Assembly (NCBI RefSeq): GCF_000015805.1
Contig: NC_009073.1
Span: 1,380,001-1,412,000 of the forward strand
Direction of reading: 5' to 3'
DNA length: 32,000 nt
DNA from: Pyrobaculum calidifontis JCM 11548
GTDB lineage: Archaea; Thermoproteota; Thermoprotei; Thermoproteales; Thermoproteaceae
Shown piece after piece: positions 1 through 8,883 of this stretch (the first letter of the stretch is position 1; each line of letters opens with the position of its first letter). The notes below the pieces were generated by a model. It had not been told where the DNA came from, searched no databases, and saw only the letters and a program-made list of their open reading frames with translations. Position numbers and translations under genes: made by a program.

Positions 1-1043
1 ACCCACCTCCCGCCTTTTATGTACTTCGCCACTCCCCGCACCACGGCGTATACGGCTGCGGCGAGGCCTAGGCCGTAGAGCAGAAGCGCGGCAAAGAGGG
101 CGAGGTAGTTCCCGGCAAGCGACGCCAGCGCCACCACTGTGGCAAACCCGGCGTAGGGGAGAATACAGGGAGTCCACACAGCGCCTAGAGAAAAGCCGAA
201 GAGGAAGTCGCCGGCAGAGCCAAGCCGCTTAAAGGCGAAAGTCTGCAACCTAGAGACAGCGGCGGCGTATTTGACGCTCAGCCTCTCCACGAGGAGGACA
301 GCCCCCAGCAGTAGCAGAGCCACCCCGCCCACCGCGAGAAAGACCTGCCTAGCATACGCAACTGCGCCTCCCACCGCCGCCACAGCCACGCCAACGGCGG
401 CGTAGGACAAGACCATCCCCAGAAGCACCTTGGGCAAACTCCGCCGCGCAAAATGTGTCACGGCGGCGACGCCTAGCACTGGGAGAACGCAGGGAGAAAA
501 CGCGCTGGCGACGCCTAGCACAAACGCAGACAGCAAAGCGGCATACGGGAAGGCGTCGCCGCCCTCTTGCACGCCCTTGGGAGAGAGAAATTCCACAAAC
601 ACACGCTTTAGGTCAACCCCAGGAGGCACGTCCGCCCCCGTCCAAAAGCCCAGTAGCCTAATCCTCCCGCCCTCCGCCACCCCTATTACCACCGTGGGCG
701 TGCCCGGGATTAAAAAAGTCCTCTCACCCCTAACCACGTAGTATTTCACAACCCCGTGATCCACATACGCCACCTGCCCATCCACCACTACGTCAATGCC
801 GCTTATACGCGCCCTAGATAAATCAAGGGTGTAGAGGCTGTACTTCGACATTAAGGCGGCGACTTCCCCATCTGAGAAAAGCGCCTCAAGCCTCTTACAC
901 TCCTCACACCCAGGCTGGTATATGTACAGCAGGAAGGTGCCGTTGACCTCGTAAGGCGACTCCACCTCTTGAAACACGAGAAGGCCCTTCTGCAGAGCTA
1001 AGGCCAAAGCGGCGAGAACTAAGACGAGCAGTACCTGCCTCAT
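1..1043 (-). CDS. ccdA: Thioredoxin-fold (CxxC) domain fused to a CcdA/DsbD-type thiol-disulfide membrane transporter. The 3' end runs off the window.
   Basis: Absent from the ORF track because there is no stop inside the window. My translation from the ATG at 1043-1041 gives MRQVLLVLVLAALALALQ (signal/TM). It continues ...LLYIYQPGCEECKRLEAL (Trx CxxC) ...FLIPGTPTVV (cis-Pro loop). A polytopic part follows with the two CcdA signature cysteines (SAFSPCVLPVLG and GAVWTPCILPYAG). There is an ATGA start/stop overlap with the upstream ORF at 1040-1043. Confidence 0.7.
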   Translation of the reverse strand, partial: MRQVLLVLVLAALALALQKGLLVFQEVESPYEVNGTFLLYIYQPGCEECKRLEALFSDGEVAALMSKYSLYTLDLSRARISGIDVVVDGQVAYVDHGVVKYYVVRGERTFLIPGTPTVVIGVAEGGRIRLLGFWTGADVPPGVDLKRVFVEFLSPKGVQEGGDAFPYAALLSAFVLGVASAFSPCVLPVLGVAAVTHFARRSLPKVLLGMVLSYAAVGVAVAAVGGAVAYARQVFLAVGGVALLLLGAVLLVERLSVKYAAAVSRLQTFAFKRLGSAGDFLFGFSLGAVWTPCILPYAGFATVVALASLAGNYLALFAALLLYGLGLAAAVYAVVRGVAKYIKGGRW

Positions 1044-1612
1044 AGCCTATCCAACAGCCCCGCCACTACTATCCCTATCGCAGTTGTAAAAACTGCGGCA
1101 AGCCACGCCGGGGCCCCCTCTACCACCATCGCCAACGGGGGCAGGGCCAAGACTGCGGTCATTGCAGTAGCTGCGGGCGGGGGCAAGCCGCCGTATACCG
1201 CGAAGAGCGCCGCCAACGCGGCCAGAGTAGACATAAGAAACGCCGCCGCGGCGGCGAGTGGGGCGAGGGAGAGGTCAATGAAGAGGGAGGAGAGGGCCGT
1301 GGAGGCCATGGACAAGGCGCTTGTGACAACGAGTTTTGAGACGTAGACCCCGCTGTGCCCCGCGTAGTAGACAAGGCCCTCCAACACGCCGCGGTCCCAG
1401 TCTCTAATGACGTAGAGATACGCCGAGAGCTGCGAGGCCAAAAACGCCACGAGAAAGACTGCGTATCTCCCAGCGTAAGACCCCACTACCCCAGCCGCCA
1501 GAGAGGCCACGAAGAGAAACACAAGCTCCTCCACTCTCCTAGCCGCCGCCTTGAAGTCGGCCTTAACTACCTCCAGCATACTGAACATCCTCAATCCTGA
1601 CCTCATGCCCAA
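1040..1612 (-). CDS. ccmB: CcmB-like haem exporter permease
   Basis: A 190-aa polytopic membrane protein directly downstream of, and overlapping, the ABC ATPase. The segment VIRDWDRGVLEGLVYYAG resembles the conserved CcmB loop (D/E-x-G-x-LE). The true start may be an internal Met (MFSML, about 1585), because the listed start overlaps ccmA by 50 nt. Confidence 0.5.
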   Translation of the reverse strand: MGMRSGLRMFSMLEVVKADFKAAARRVEELVFLFVASLAAGVVGSYAGRYAVFLVAFLASQLSAYLYVIRDWDRGVLEGLVYYAGHSGVYVSKLVVTSALSMASTALSSLFIDLSLAPLAAAAAFLMSTLAALAALFAVYGGLPPPAATAMTAVLALPPLAMVVEGAPAWLAAVFTTAIGIVVAGLLDRL

Positions 1613-2144
1613 TCCCCAGGGGGAATGGGGAGGTGAGGAGGGCGGCCCCCCTCTCCTTCAACAAGTCTAACAACTCGCCTCTCGCCTCCTCGTCGAGGCC
1701 CGTGGTAGGCTCGTCGATTACGAGGTTGGGGGGGTCGGGGAGGAGGGCTCTCACCACGTCTACCCGCCTCCTCCACCCAAAGCTAAGCGCCTTGACAGGC
1801 TTGTCCAACACCTTGCAGACGCCCAGGGGACAGCCCACAAGCCTCCCGCCGGACAGCTTGGCAAAAAGCTTCAAGTTCTCTCGGACAGTGAGCTCTGGGT
1901 AGAGCATGGGCGTGTGGAATACCACGCCTAAGACGCTGGCGGGCACCCTGGGCCTTCTCCCGTCGACCAGCACCTCCCCCCGAGAGGGCTCCAACACCCC
2001 AGCAATGATTTTAACCAGGGTAGTTTTGCCAGAGCCGTTGGGTCCCACCAATGTGACAACGCTGTTAACTCGCATGTTTACCCCACGGAGGACCCAAAAT
2101 CCTCCAAGCCTTTTCCACACGTCTCTAATCTCAATCATATACAC
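1563..2144 (-). CDS. ccmA: ABC transporter ATP-binding protein, CcmA-like
   Basis: Walker A GPNGSGKTT, degenerate signature LSFGWRRRV, Walker B LVIDEPTTGLD. It sits in ccm context. The listed start is GTG (2144); an ATG two codons in (2138) is an alternative. Confidence 0.7.
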   Translation of the reverse strand: MYMIEIRDVWKRLGGFWVLRGVNMRVNSVVTLVGPNGSGKTTLVKIIAGVLEPSRGEVLVDGRRPRVPASVLGVVFHTPMLYPELTVRENLKLFAKLSGGRLVGCPLGVCKVLDKPVKALSFGWRRRVDVVRALLPDPPNLVIDEPTTGLDEEARGELLDLLKERGAALLTSPFPLGIGHEVRIEDVQYAGGS

Positions 2145-2178
2145 GCCATATACAAAAATTCACACATTAAAGCCTTGC

Positions 2179-2204
2179 TATAACACTTGTACACTTAATA
2201 TACA
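2179..2204 (-). promoter_or_regulatory. Phased hexamer array upstream of ccmA: TATAAC-n3-TGTACA-cttaa-TATACA
   Basis: The plus strand reads TATAAC (2179-2184), TGTACA (2188-2193), TATACA (2199-2204). The central hexamer starts 44 nt from the start at 2144. A TATA-like TTTAAT (plus attaaa, 2166-2171) lies between. The 17-mer TGTACACTTAATATACA is identical to 7591-7607. Confidence 0.6.
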
Positions 2205-2579
2205 CTATGACTTAACTGGGGCATAGTAGGCAGAGTGGCAACCCTTCAAAATTGTGGTTATGTTCAAGGTCTTGGTGGCTGGGTTGTAGAACCCCTCTAC
2301 CACTACCTCGCCGCTGAATTGGAAAGAGGGACCCGCCAGCCTTACGACGGTGTCGTAGGGCACCACAGCCCTTATGGTAAAGCCGTCGCGGCCTCTGAGG
2401 ATTAGGTAGATGTAGTCCCCCTCTCTCCCGTACTCCACAAGTTGGCCGGACACTCTCACCTTGCCTCCTGGGAAGTTCTTCAAGTCGGAGACGTCCTTGG
2501 GAGTTCCAACAAAGAGCGAGGCTATGCCCGCGGCCAAGAAGACTGCCACAAGGGCCCCCGCCACTACCCACCTATTCAT
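2205..2579 (-). CDS. ccmE: CcmE haem chaperone, archaeal variant with C-terminal CxxxY instead of HxxxY
   Basis: 124 aa with an N-terminal TM (WVVAGALVAVFLAAGIASLF) and an OB-like body (VRVSGQLVEY...FTIRAVVPYD...GEVVVEGFY). The C-terminus is ILKGCHSAYYAP, which contains C-H-S-A-Y (CxxxY). ATGA overlap with ccmC. Confidence 0.75.
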   Translation of the reverse strand: MNRWVVAGALVAVFLAAGIASLFVGTPKDVSDLKNFPGGKVRVSGQLVEYGREGDYIYLILRGRDGFTIRAVVPYDTVVRLAGPSFQFSGEVVVEGFYNPATKTLNITTILKGCHSAYYAPVKS

Positions 2580-3535
2580 AGCCTCTCCCGGAGCCAGAGT
2601 ATAAAAGCCATTGTGGCGAAGTAAAGCGCGGCGTTTACATACGCGCTGAAGTGCCGCACCAGCTCCACCCCGCCGCCTGCCACAGCCACGAAGTTCTTGG
2701 GCAAAGTAGGCGTGCCGTTGAAAAAGGCGGGGCTTAACACTTGCCCAGGCGGCACGTTGAGCACCTGCCCGCTCTCTAACACAATAGACGTCTCAGTCAC
2801 ATTCACCACCCTCTGGGGTTGGTAGAGGAGCCAAGGGTAGAGGAGAGCCACTGCCACAACGAGGCCGGCTAAATACACGGCTGAGGTCCACCTCGCCGGC
2901 TTAACAAAGAGGAGGGTCAAGAAGATGGTCAAGATCAAGAGGATGCGCATGCCCATGTACTGCCCCAGGGGCCCCCCGAAGGTGGTGCCCGGCCTGGGGT
3001 GAAACGCCTGTGCCAAGACAGGCGCGAGGAGAGAGACAATTGCGAGGACAAAGCCCGCGATAACAAAAGACTGGGCAAGCTTTACGCTCCTCTCGGGGTC
3101 CTCGACCCCCCTCCTAATGGCTGGGTATAGGGAGTAAATCAGCGCGAGCACTAGGATAGACATCTGTCTGGGGTCTAGGGCGAGGGGCGTGCCCCAGCTC
3201 TCCGCCGCCCAGACGGTGCCGCTGACAAAGGCGTACCACCCCAGCGCCGCCACTGAGTAGGCCGAGAAGTCCATCCACTTGAGAGCCCGCTCTGAGAGAC
3301 CCCTCCAAGCCCCCCACACCGCCAAGACAAAGGACAGAGCGGCCATGACGTAGAGGACAACCGCGGGCGGCACGTGGACGTAGACGTTTAAATACGCCGT
3401 GGGAGCCCCCAGCTCAGCCACAATAAGCGGAAACGGCCCCCAATTCACCAAATAAACCGCGGTAGCCACGTCTACCACTATTAAAACCGCCAGGAGAATA
3501 CCCAAGGGAGACATGTGGACATAATACACGTCCAT
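2576..3535 (-). CDS. ccmC: CcmC-like haem-handling membrane protein with an extra C-terminal extracytoplasmic segment and a terminal TM
   Basis: Polytopic, with a Trp-rich loop WAAESWGTPLALDPRQ (a divergent WWD motif). The likely true start is the ATG at 3514 (MSPLGILL...). The ATG at 3535 lies inside a TATA-like TTAAATA box that sits about 23 nt upstream of 3514. Confidence 0.65.
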   Translation of the reverse strand: MDVYYVHMSPLGILLAVLIVVDVATAVYLVNWGPFPLIVAELGAPTAYLNVYVHVPPAVVLYVMAALSFVLAVWGAWRGLSERALKWMDFSAYSVAALGWYAFVSGTVWAAESWGTPLALDPRQMSILVLALIYSLYPAIRRGVEDPERSVKLAQSFVIAGFVLAIVSLLAPVLAQAFHPRPGTTFGGPLGQYMGMRILLILTIFLTLLFVKPARWTSAVYLAGLVVAVALLYPWLLYQPQRVVNVTETSIVLESGQVLNVPPGQVLSPAFFNGTPTLPKNFVAVAGGGVELVRHFSAYVNAALYFATMAFILWLRERL

Positions 3536-3546
3536 ATTTAAGTCTA

Positions 3547-3563
3547 TGTATACTAAGTGTACA
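3547..3563 (-). promoter_or_regulatory. Hexamer pair TGTATA-ctaag-TGTACA upstream of ccmC
   Basis: TGTATA is at 3547-3552 and TGTACA at 3558-3563. The TGTACA starts 44 nt from the ATG at 3514. The pair abuts the TATA-like TTAAATA and lies 6 nt after the stop of the upstream cytochrome gene. Confidence 0.5.
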
Positions 3564-3569
3564 CAAAGA

Positions 3570-4976
3570 CTAACGTTTATCCACGCGTCTATTTACCCAC
3601 AGAGCCGCCAACCCGCCAACAAGCAAGACCACGGCGATCAGCCCCACTGGGCTAGGCCCCGCAGACGATTTAGCCACGACCTCTGAATACGCAGAGGGCT
3701 CCACAGCCCACGTCTGAACTTTAAACTGGTAGCCAATGGCATGCGCATTAGACACCCTACTGGGGTCTATGGAGAGAAAGTGGCAATTGAAGCAGGAGAC
3801 CCAGACTCTACTAGGCCCAACGCCCAACGGCAGAGTAGAGACAAAGTCGTTTTTATAGGCGTCCCAAAGCCCCACCTCAATATTCCGCCCAGGCGTCTTA
3901 GCCGTGATATTACCCACCAGCGAGGCGACGCTCCCCGTGGCGTTGTACTGAGTATAAGCGCGGGCAAGTTTCACAATAGTGGGCGCCGTCTCTACCCCCG
4001 AGCCAGACCCCTCATACGTCCACAACCCCGCGAGCCACTGCCCCCCATACACATAGCCCACGTGAACCACCGAGTGACACCTACACCCCACACCCCAGTG
4101 CACACTAGTAGAAACCACAGACGCAATAGCCGAGTGACAAGAGCCACAGTACTTCCAAGCCTCGTCCCCACCATAGGTGTTGTGCGCCCAGACATTTTGC
4201 CTAACCGTGGGGTCATACACCGTCGACGGCTGGCCGTGACACGGCTGACAAGCATCAGGATGTTGCAAATACTGCGTAGGCGAAAGAGTCCTCTTCGTCG
4301 CATTAATGTAGCGGGCGACATCCCAAATGTTATACCCATGGAAGTGGCAGTTAAAACAGGAAAGCCAGCTCTCCTCCGCCACTGCCCCATAGGCACCGCC
4401 GAATTTGGCGGGCACAGAGGCTATGTCGCCCACCCACCAATCCCACAACACCACCACGGCCACATTAACTGTATACCCTCCACTGTACAACTGATTAACA
4501 AGCTGGCATACCTTGGGGGGACAGTTGCTGGGCGTCCGCGTACAGTTGCACCAAAGCTTCGCCTGTTTAAACACGAGAGGCGGGTCTACATAAGGCGGAG
4601 CGGCGACGGGAAGATAAGTCTCTACTAAAACCTCGCTAGGGTGTGTAGAACTGTGACGGTTGAGATTTACATGTATAACTGCGTGGCATGCACATTCACG
4701 CGCACGCGGCATAACAGGCACCCCAGCCACCCGCTTGCCGTTGCCGTCATGACATCCACAATACCTTCGGTCTTGGCGATGTCCGTAGGGCGGGGGCGAG
4801 AGGTAAAACGTGGCGCTGGATAATTTCGCGTGGGGGGCGCCGGCCACGTACTCCACATGACAGTTAAGACAGCCTCTATCTCGCTGTTCACTGTGGCAAC
4901 TGTCGCAGTTCCCCACTTGAACCGACACGGCGAGGGTAAACACGGCTAGAGATAAGACTAGGACGAGCTTATTCAT
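3570..4976 (-). CDS. Secreted multihaem c-type cytochrome with a C-terminal membrane anchor (6 CxxCH plus 3 CxCH motifs)
   Basis: Signal peptide MNKLVLVLSLAVFTLAVSV. CxxCH motifs: CDSCH, CLNCH, CFNCH, CQPCH, CGSCH, CFNCH. CxCH motifs: CGCH, CACHAVIHV, CRCHSVVHV. C-terminal TM plus basic tail: GLIAVVLLVGGLAALWVNRRVDKR. N-x-S/T sequons are present. Confidence 0.8.
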   Translation of the reverse strand: MNKLVLVLSLAVFTLAVSVQVGNCDSCHSEQRDRGCLNCHVEYVAGAPHAKLSSATFYLSPPPYGHRQDRRYCGCHDGNGKRVAGVPVMPRARECACHAVIHVNLNRHSSTHPSEVLVETYLPVAAPPYVDPPLVFKQAKLWCNCTRTPSNCPPKVCQLVNQLYSGGYTVNVAVVVLWDWWVGDIASVPAKFGGAYGAVAEESWLSCFNCHFHGYNIWDVARYINATKRTLSPTQYLQHPDACQPCHGQPSTVYDPTVRQNVWAHNTYGGDEAWKYCGSCHSAIASVVSTSVHWGVGCRCHSVVHVGYVYGGQWLAGLWTYEGSGSGVETAPTIVKLARAYTQYNATGSVASLVGNITAKTPGRNIEVGLWDAYKNDFVSTLPLGVGPSRVWVSCFNCHFLSIDPSRVSNAHAIGYQFKVQTWAVEPSAYSEVVAKSSAGPSPVGLIAVVLLVGGLAALWVNRRVDKR

Positions 4977-7548
4977 AGCGGGTTAAGTAGAACAGCAGTA
5001 TTACTGCCGCCAACGAGGAGAGCCATAGGAGGTTCACCAGCGGCACCGTCTTTACGCTTATGTGTATTTCGCTCTGCGTCGGCGTGTATTGGTGGACTAA
5101 CGTGGCGAGCTCTAGTAGGGCTGTCAAAAAGGTGGTGGCGAAGCTCTGGGGGTCGGCGTTGGAGAGGAGGTTTATGTTGTACCCCGCCGCGGCGAGGGCC
5201 AATAGCTTGAGGCTCTCCCGCGGGTTAAGCGTCTTACACACCTGCGATAGGTAGTAAATCATGGGCTCTGGATATGTGGCAAACTCCCCCTGGACGTATG
5301 GAGTGAAGACAGCTATGTAAACATCGTCGAGCCCGCGGGGCACAGTGACAACCGCCGATACTAGGCCGTGTATGCCAGACACCTCCCCGTTTATGGCGTA
5401 TCTAACCACGGCCTCCAGCCTCCTGCCATCTACCGCCAACACAGTCTTGGAGAAGGCCTCGGCGGGGACCGCCTTCGGGACGTCGGAGAAGGTGTGGGCA
5501 GCTCTCACGTCTGACAAGAGGTCGAGGTAGGGGGTTTGTAATAGGCCGTAGAGGGGGGTGCCCGGCGTCATAGTCATGTAGTACAAAGTCAAGTTCATGT
5601 CAAGCGGCATGGGCACAGCCCTCCTCACGCCCCCCACTTCCACCACGGCAGACATTGGGATTAGGGCGCCACCGCTGGACACTAAAGTCCCCGTGACGTT
5701 GACCACGGCGTCCCCCGCCTTAAACACAAGCGGCTTCTCCACTGTCATTGTCTGATTCACCGGGGAGTTGCCCCATATGTACAACATGAGGGCCAGCCCC
5801 CCAGCCCCGCCGTGTGCCACATACGCCCCCACAGACGCGTTTTCCACGAAGTAGACGTTGTCCCCCGCCTCAATGCGGAGGTCGCCCACATGCACAGGCT
5901 TTTTGACTAGCGCAAAGAGGTAGGACAAGGCGGGGTCTCCCTCGACGCGCCGCCTCCCCTCCTCTATAAAAGGCCTAGCCTGACTCACAAGGGAGCCCGC
6001 CGACAATAGGCCATACTGGGCGTATTGATACACGGAGTTTCCCCTATACACCGTGTAGATGTCGACCTTGTCGGCGGAGAGACCGAGTTGGTAGTCCTCC
6101 ACTCTTATGGAGACGCCGGCCACTTTAGCCTCTGCGCCTGGCTCCACGTAGAGGTCTAGGAAATACGCCCTGCTGTACGCGTGAGGCAGACTGTACACCG
6201 CGGCTACGAAGAAGAGGAGGAGGAAGAGGTGGAGTATCCTCAACACAGACGTCCTCCCCCTAGCCCTATACGCCGAGTATAAAATTACCCCGGCCCCCAT
6301 GGCCGCCCAGACCAAGGCGGCTCCCACCGCGGCGTTTGTAAGCGGGTGCGACTTCGGCGAGAAGGGGACCGCCCCCACATAGGCGGCCGCGGCCAAGGCG
6401 CCGCTGGCCACGGCCCCCACGGCGACGTAGAGGAGGAGCGTTTTGCCGCCCCTCTCTAGGTATATCAGCGGCGAGAACATGAGCGTTATCAACACCAGCA
6501 GATAGAGGGCGGGGTTGTAGAACCACATCCCGTCGTCCATCTGCGGCGGCGCCGTGTTTAAGCCAAAGGCCACCCCCAGCGAGGGGACTAGGAGAGAGCC
6601 GTAGAGAAAGACCCCCGCCGTGAATATGGAGAGGAAAGTCAACATCTTGCCCCAGTTTTCCACAGCCCACTTAGCCACGAGGAGGTGGCGGAGGGCCATA
6701 AGCAGAAAGGCCAGGGAGAGGGCTAGGAGGAGGTAGCCGCCTGCGCCAGGCGAGGCAAAGCCGTGGAGGGGGCTCATCCCCGTGCGAGTGACAAAGAGGG
6801 CTAGAAACACCGAGCCCGCCGCCAAGAGGAAAGAGGCCTTTTTCACGTCGCTAAGCGCCTTGGGGGCGTGGAGGGCGGCGGCAGCCACGACGAAGACCAT
6901 GAGCTGGGCAGTCTCCACGGGGTCCCACGCCCAGTACCCACCCCAGCCAAAAGTGACATAGCTCCAGTACCCACCTACCACAAGCCCCGCGAAGAGGAAG
7001 GCCAGCGCCGCATAGGCAAGACGCCTCAGTCCAACGGCCTCGACGTAGGCCAAGGCGAGAGACGTGGCAAAAACTCCCGCATACCCTAAAAAGACCAGCG
7101 GCGGGTGGATAGAGACCCAGAAGCTCTTAAGCAGTGGGTTTATGCCCCCGCCCACAGTGGCCTCCTGCAGAGTGTCAAACGGCCCGTAGAAGTATGCCGA
7201 CGCGCCTAAGAGGAGGAGCACCGCCGCCGCGGCCCTCGCCACCTTCAAAGGGGCGCCAGCCCTATGCACAAGGAAAATGAAAACCCCCAAGAAGAAAGAC
7301 AAGAGGAGGAGGCTAGACCCAGTCCCAGCCCACGACGCAGAAAGCCTCAGCCACCAGTCCGCCCCCACGTTAGTGTTCTTAGCCACCTCGAGGAGAGAGA
7401 AGTCCTGGGCCAAAAACGACGCGGCGTAGTAAAGCCAAGAGGCGGCCAACAACGCGGTGGCCGCCGCCAGCAAGCGGACTCTCCCAGTGACAACAAACGC
7501 CAGGTAGACAACCAGAGCTATTGCAAAGACGAAGCCAGTTGGATGCAT
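4969..7548 (-). CDS. ccmF: CcmF-like cytochrome c haem lyase with a large C-terminal extracytoplasmic domain and a terminal TM
   Basis: 859 aa. The N-terminal ~460 aa are polytopic and carry the canonical WWD motif WGGYWAWDPVET. About 350 aa of soluble-looking domain follow, then a final TM (LWLSSLAAVILLFYL). It overlaps the downstream cytochrome gene by 8 nt. Confidence 0.8.
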   Translation of the reverse strand: MHPTGFVFAIALVVYLAFVVTGRVRLLAAATALLAASWLYYAASFLAQDFSLLEVAKNTNVGADWWLRLSASWAGTGSSLLLLSFFLGVFIFLVHRAGAPLKVARAAAAVLLLLGASAYFYGPFDTLQEATVGGGINPLLKSFWVSIHPPLVFLGYAGVFATSLALAYVEAVGLRRLAYAALAFLFAGLVVGGYWSYVTFGWGGYWAWDPVETAQLMVFVVAAAALHAPKALSDVKKASFLLAAGSVFLALFVTRTGMSPLHGFASPGAGGYLLLALSLAFLLMALRHLLVAKWAVENWGKMLTFLSIFTAGVFLYGSLLVPSLGVAFGLNTAPPQMDDGMWFYNPALYLLVLITLMFSPLIYLERGGKTLLLYVAVGAVASGALAAAAYVGAVPFSPKSHPLTNAAVGAALVWAAMGAGVILYSAYRARGRTSVLRILHLFLLLFFVAAVYSLPHAYSRAYFLDLYVEPGAEAKVAGVSIRVEDYQLGLSADKVDIYTVYRGNSVYQYAQYGLLSAGSLVSQARPFIEEGRRRVEGDPALSYLFALVKKPVHVGDLRIEAGDNVYFVENASVGAYVAHGGAGGLALMLYIWGNSPVNQTMTVEKPLVFKAGDAVVNVTGTLVSSGGALIPMSAVVEVGGVRRAVPMPLDMNLTLYYMTMTPGTPLYGLLQTPYLDLLSDVRAAHTFSDVPKAVPAEAFSKTVLAVDGRRLEAVVRYAINGEVSGIHGLVSAVVTVPRGLDDVYIAVFTPYVQGEFATYPEPMIYYLSQVCKTLNPRESLKLLALAAAGYNINLLSNADPQSFATTFLTALLELATLVHQYTPTQSEIHISVKTVPLVNLLWLSSLAAVILLFYLTRYE

Positions 7549-7566
7549 ATGCGCCTCTACACAGAA

Positions 7567-8883
7567 CTATTTATGCCTAGCTATACAACGTGTACACTTA
7601 ATATACAGTGGAACCACAGGAATTAGTAGAACAAAAAACCAGAGAAGCGAAAAGAGGAGTAGGTTGGGGTAGACCGCGATGTCTGCCACAATTGAAACCT
7701 TCAGCCCCCCGCACTCCCTGCCGAGGAGAGCAGAGAGTCTACACAGCTGGTATGAGAAGTACACCTCGTCTCCCAGCCAAAACCTCGCCACCACCACGTG
7801 TGGAAAGAGGTAGGCAGTGACCGTATACGACTCCGCCTTGGCCATTGAAAAGTCCACGGACAGGGGTATTGAGTACTCCCCCACGCCTTTTATTACCACG
7901 TCGAAAACCCCCGCCCCCCGCTCGCCCTCTACGCCAAACGTGGCCCCCTTCAATGCCACATATCTGCCATCTGCCGCAGCCAGAGAGCCGTCTGGCGCCA
8001 CGTCGAGGGGGCCCAACTTCCCCGAAAAAGTGGCGGGGGGAGGCAGGAGGAGGGGGGAGAAGTAGATCAACGCCACCGCGGCCGCGGCAAAGGCCAGGAG
8101 AGATGCCCTGGGCAAAGAGGCGGCGAGGAGAACTGCGAAGGGCAACACAGCCGAGAGGAGAGGCGCAAGCGAAGGCGGGGAGAAGTAGACGGCCAAGAGG
8201 TAGACCCCCGCCGCCATGGCCAACCCCCCAGCAAACCTCCTAGGCGAGGCGGCCAGAGAGGCCACTGCCACGGAGGCCGCGGCGAGGGCCAACAAGTACC
8301 TCCCCCCGACGAATTCCCCCGGCGAGCCTGTGAAAAGCCTAAAAAGCCCCCAGCCCAGCCAAAGCGCAGTCAAGCCGGTGAGCACCACGGCCCATTTCCC
8401 ATTGCCCCTATCGACGGGAGAAAAGACGAGGGGGACTAGGGCGAGGGAGAGGGCCGGGGCCAGAGGCCAGCGGCCAAAAGGCGAGTCAAACAGCAGGACG
8501 ACGGACTGCAAAACCAGCGAGGTGGCGCCCAGCAGGTAGGCCAGCCTCCCCCCTCCAGCCCTCCACCCGGCCCACGCCAAGAGGGCGACGTAGCCGAAGT
8601 AGGGGCTTAACACGTCGATGGGCTGCCCAGCCGCTATATACCCCGCCGAGGTAACGGCGATGCCCCCCGCCGTGAGTAGATACCCATGCCGCCAGAACAC
8701 AATGGCGGAGAGGAATAGGGCAAGAGAAAGCGCGAGGAGAAGCGACAAAAACTGCCCCGACCCCCCCGCCGCCCACACCACGAAAAGCAACGCGGCGTAG
8801 AGAGAGAGAAACCACCTAAAACCCCTGGCAAAAACCGCCAAGGCGAGAGAGAAAAGAGCTAGGAAAGGGAGGGGGTCAGGCAC
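7567..8883 (-). CDS. Polytopic membrane protein of unknown function in the ccm cluster (about 9-10 TM, an extracytoplasmic domain and a terminal TM)
   Basis: 438 aa with a GTG start. It is highly hydrophobic and Ala/Leu-rich for ~290 aa, followed by a beta-looking domain (GKLGPLDVAPDGSL...VYFSYQL) and a final TM (LLLFSLLWFFVLLIPVV). I could find no WWD or CxxC motif. The position between a cytochrome gene and ccmF suggests a maturation accessory role. This is inference only. Confidence 0.5.
   Translation of the reverse strand: MPDPLPFLALFSLALAVFARGFRWFLSLYAALLFVVWAAGGSGQFLSLLLALSLALFLSAIVFWRHGYLLTAGGIAVTSAGYIAAGQPIDVLSPYFGYVALLAWAGWRAGGGRLAYLLGATSLVLQSVVLLFDSPFGRWPLAPALSLALVPLVFSPVDRGNGKWAVVLTGLTALWLGWGLFRLFTGSPGEFVGGRYLLALAAASVAVASLAASPRRFAGGLAMAAGVYLLAVYFSPPSLAPLLSAVLPFAVLLAASLPRASLLAFAAAAVALIYFSPLLLPPPATFSGKLGPLDVAPDGSLAAADGRYVALKGATFGVEGERGAGVFDVVIKGVGEYSIPLSVDFSMAKAESYTVTAYLFPHVVVARFWLGDEVYFSYQLCRLSALLGRECGGLKVSIVADIAVYPNLLLFSLLWFFVLLIPVVPLYIKCTRCIARHK
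7582..7607 (-). promoter_or_regulatory. Phased hexamer array upstream of ccmF: TATACA-acg-TGTACA-cttaa-TATACA
   Basis: TATACA 7582-7587, TGTACA 7591-7596, TATACA 7602-7607. The central hexamer starts 43 nt from the ATG at 7548. A TATA-like ATAAATA (plus tatttat, 7568-7574) is present. The array lies inside the last codons of ORF 7567..8883. Confidence 0.6.

Noticed and set aside
4484-4489. Isolated TGTACA hexamers inside coding regions, for example 4484-4489 and 28109-28114, with others around 5775, 17351, 19377, 20246, 22212, 24836 and 27526.
   Set aside because: A palindromic 6-mer is expected several times by chance in 32 kb. These copies lack a phased partner hexamer and are not positioned relative to a start codon, so they are not counted as regulatory sites.
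3741-4628. A long plus-strand ORF (295 aa) and many similar track ORFs, for example 430..741, 7845..8243, 11197..11724 (minus strand, alternate frame of 10110..11918), 17851..18330, 20000..20455, 21793..22236, 24563..25087, 29195..29632 and 30438..30974.
   Set aside because: They lie antisense to, or in alternative frames of, genes with clear motifs. Their translations are Arg/Pro/Ser/Thr-rich and low in complexity, as expected for shadow ORFs in GC-rich DNA. No domain motifs are present.
7567-8883. Calling the 438-aa membrane protein CcmH, CcmI or a second CcmF half.
   Set aside because: I could find no CxxC (CcmH), TPR (CcmI) or WWD/His (CcmF) signature. Only genomic context supports a maturation role, so it is left as unknown.
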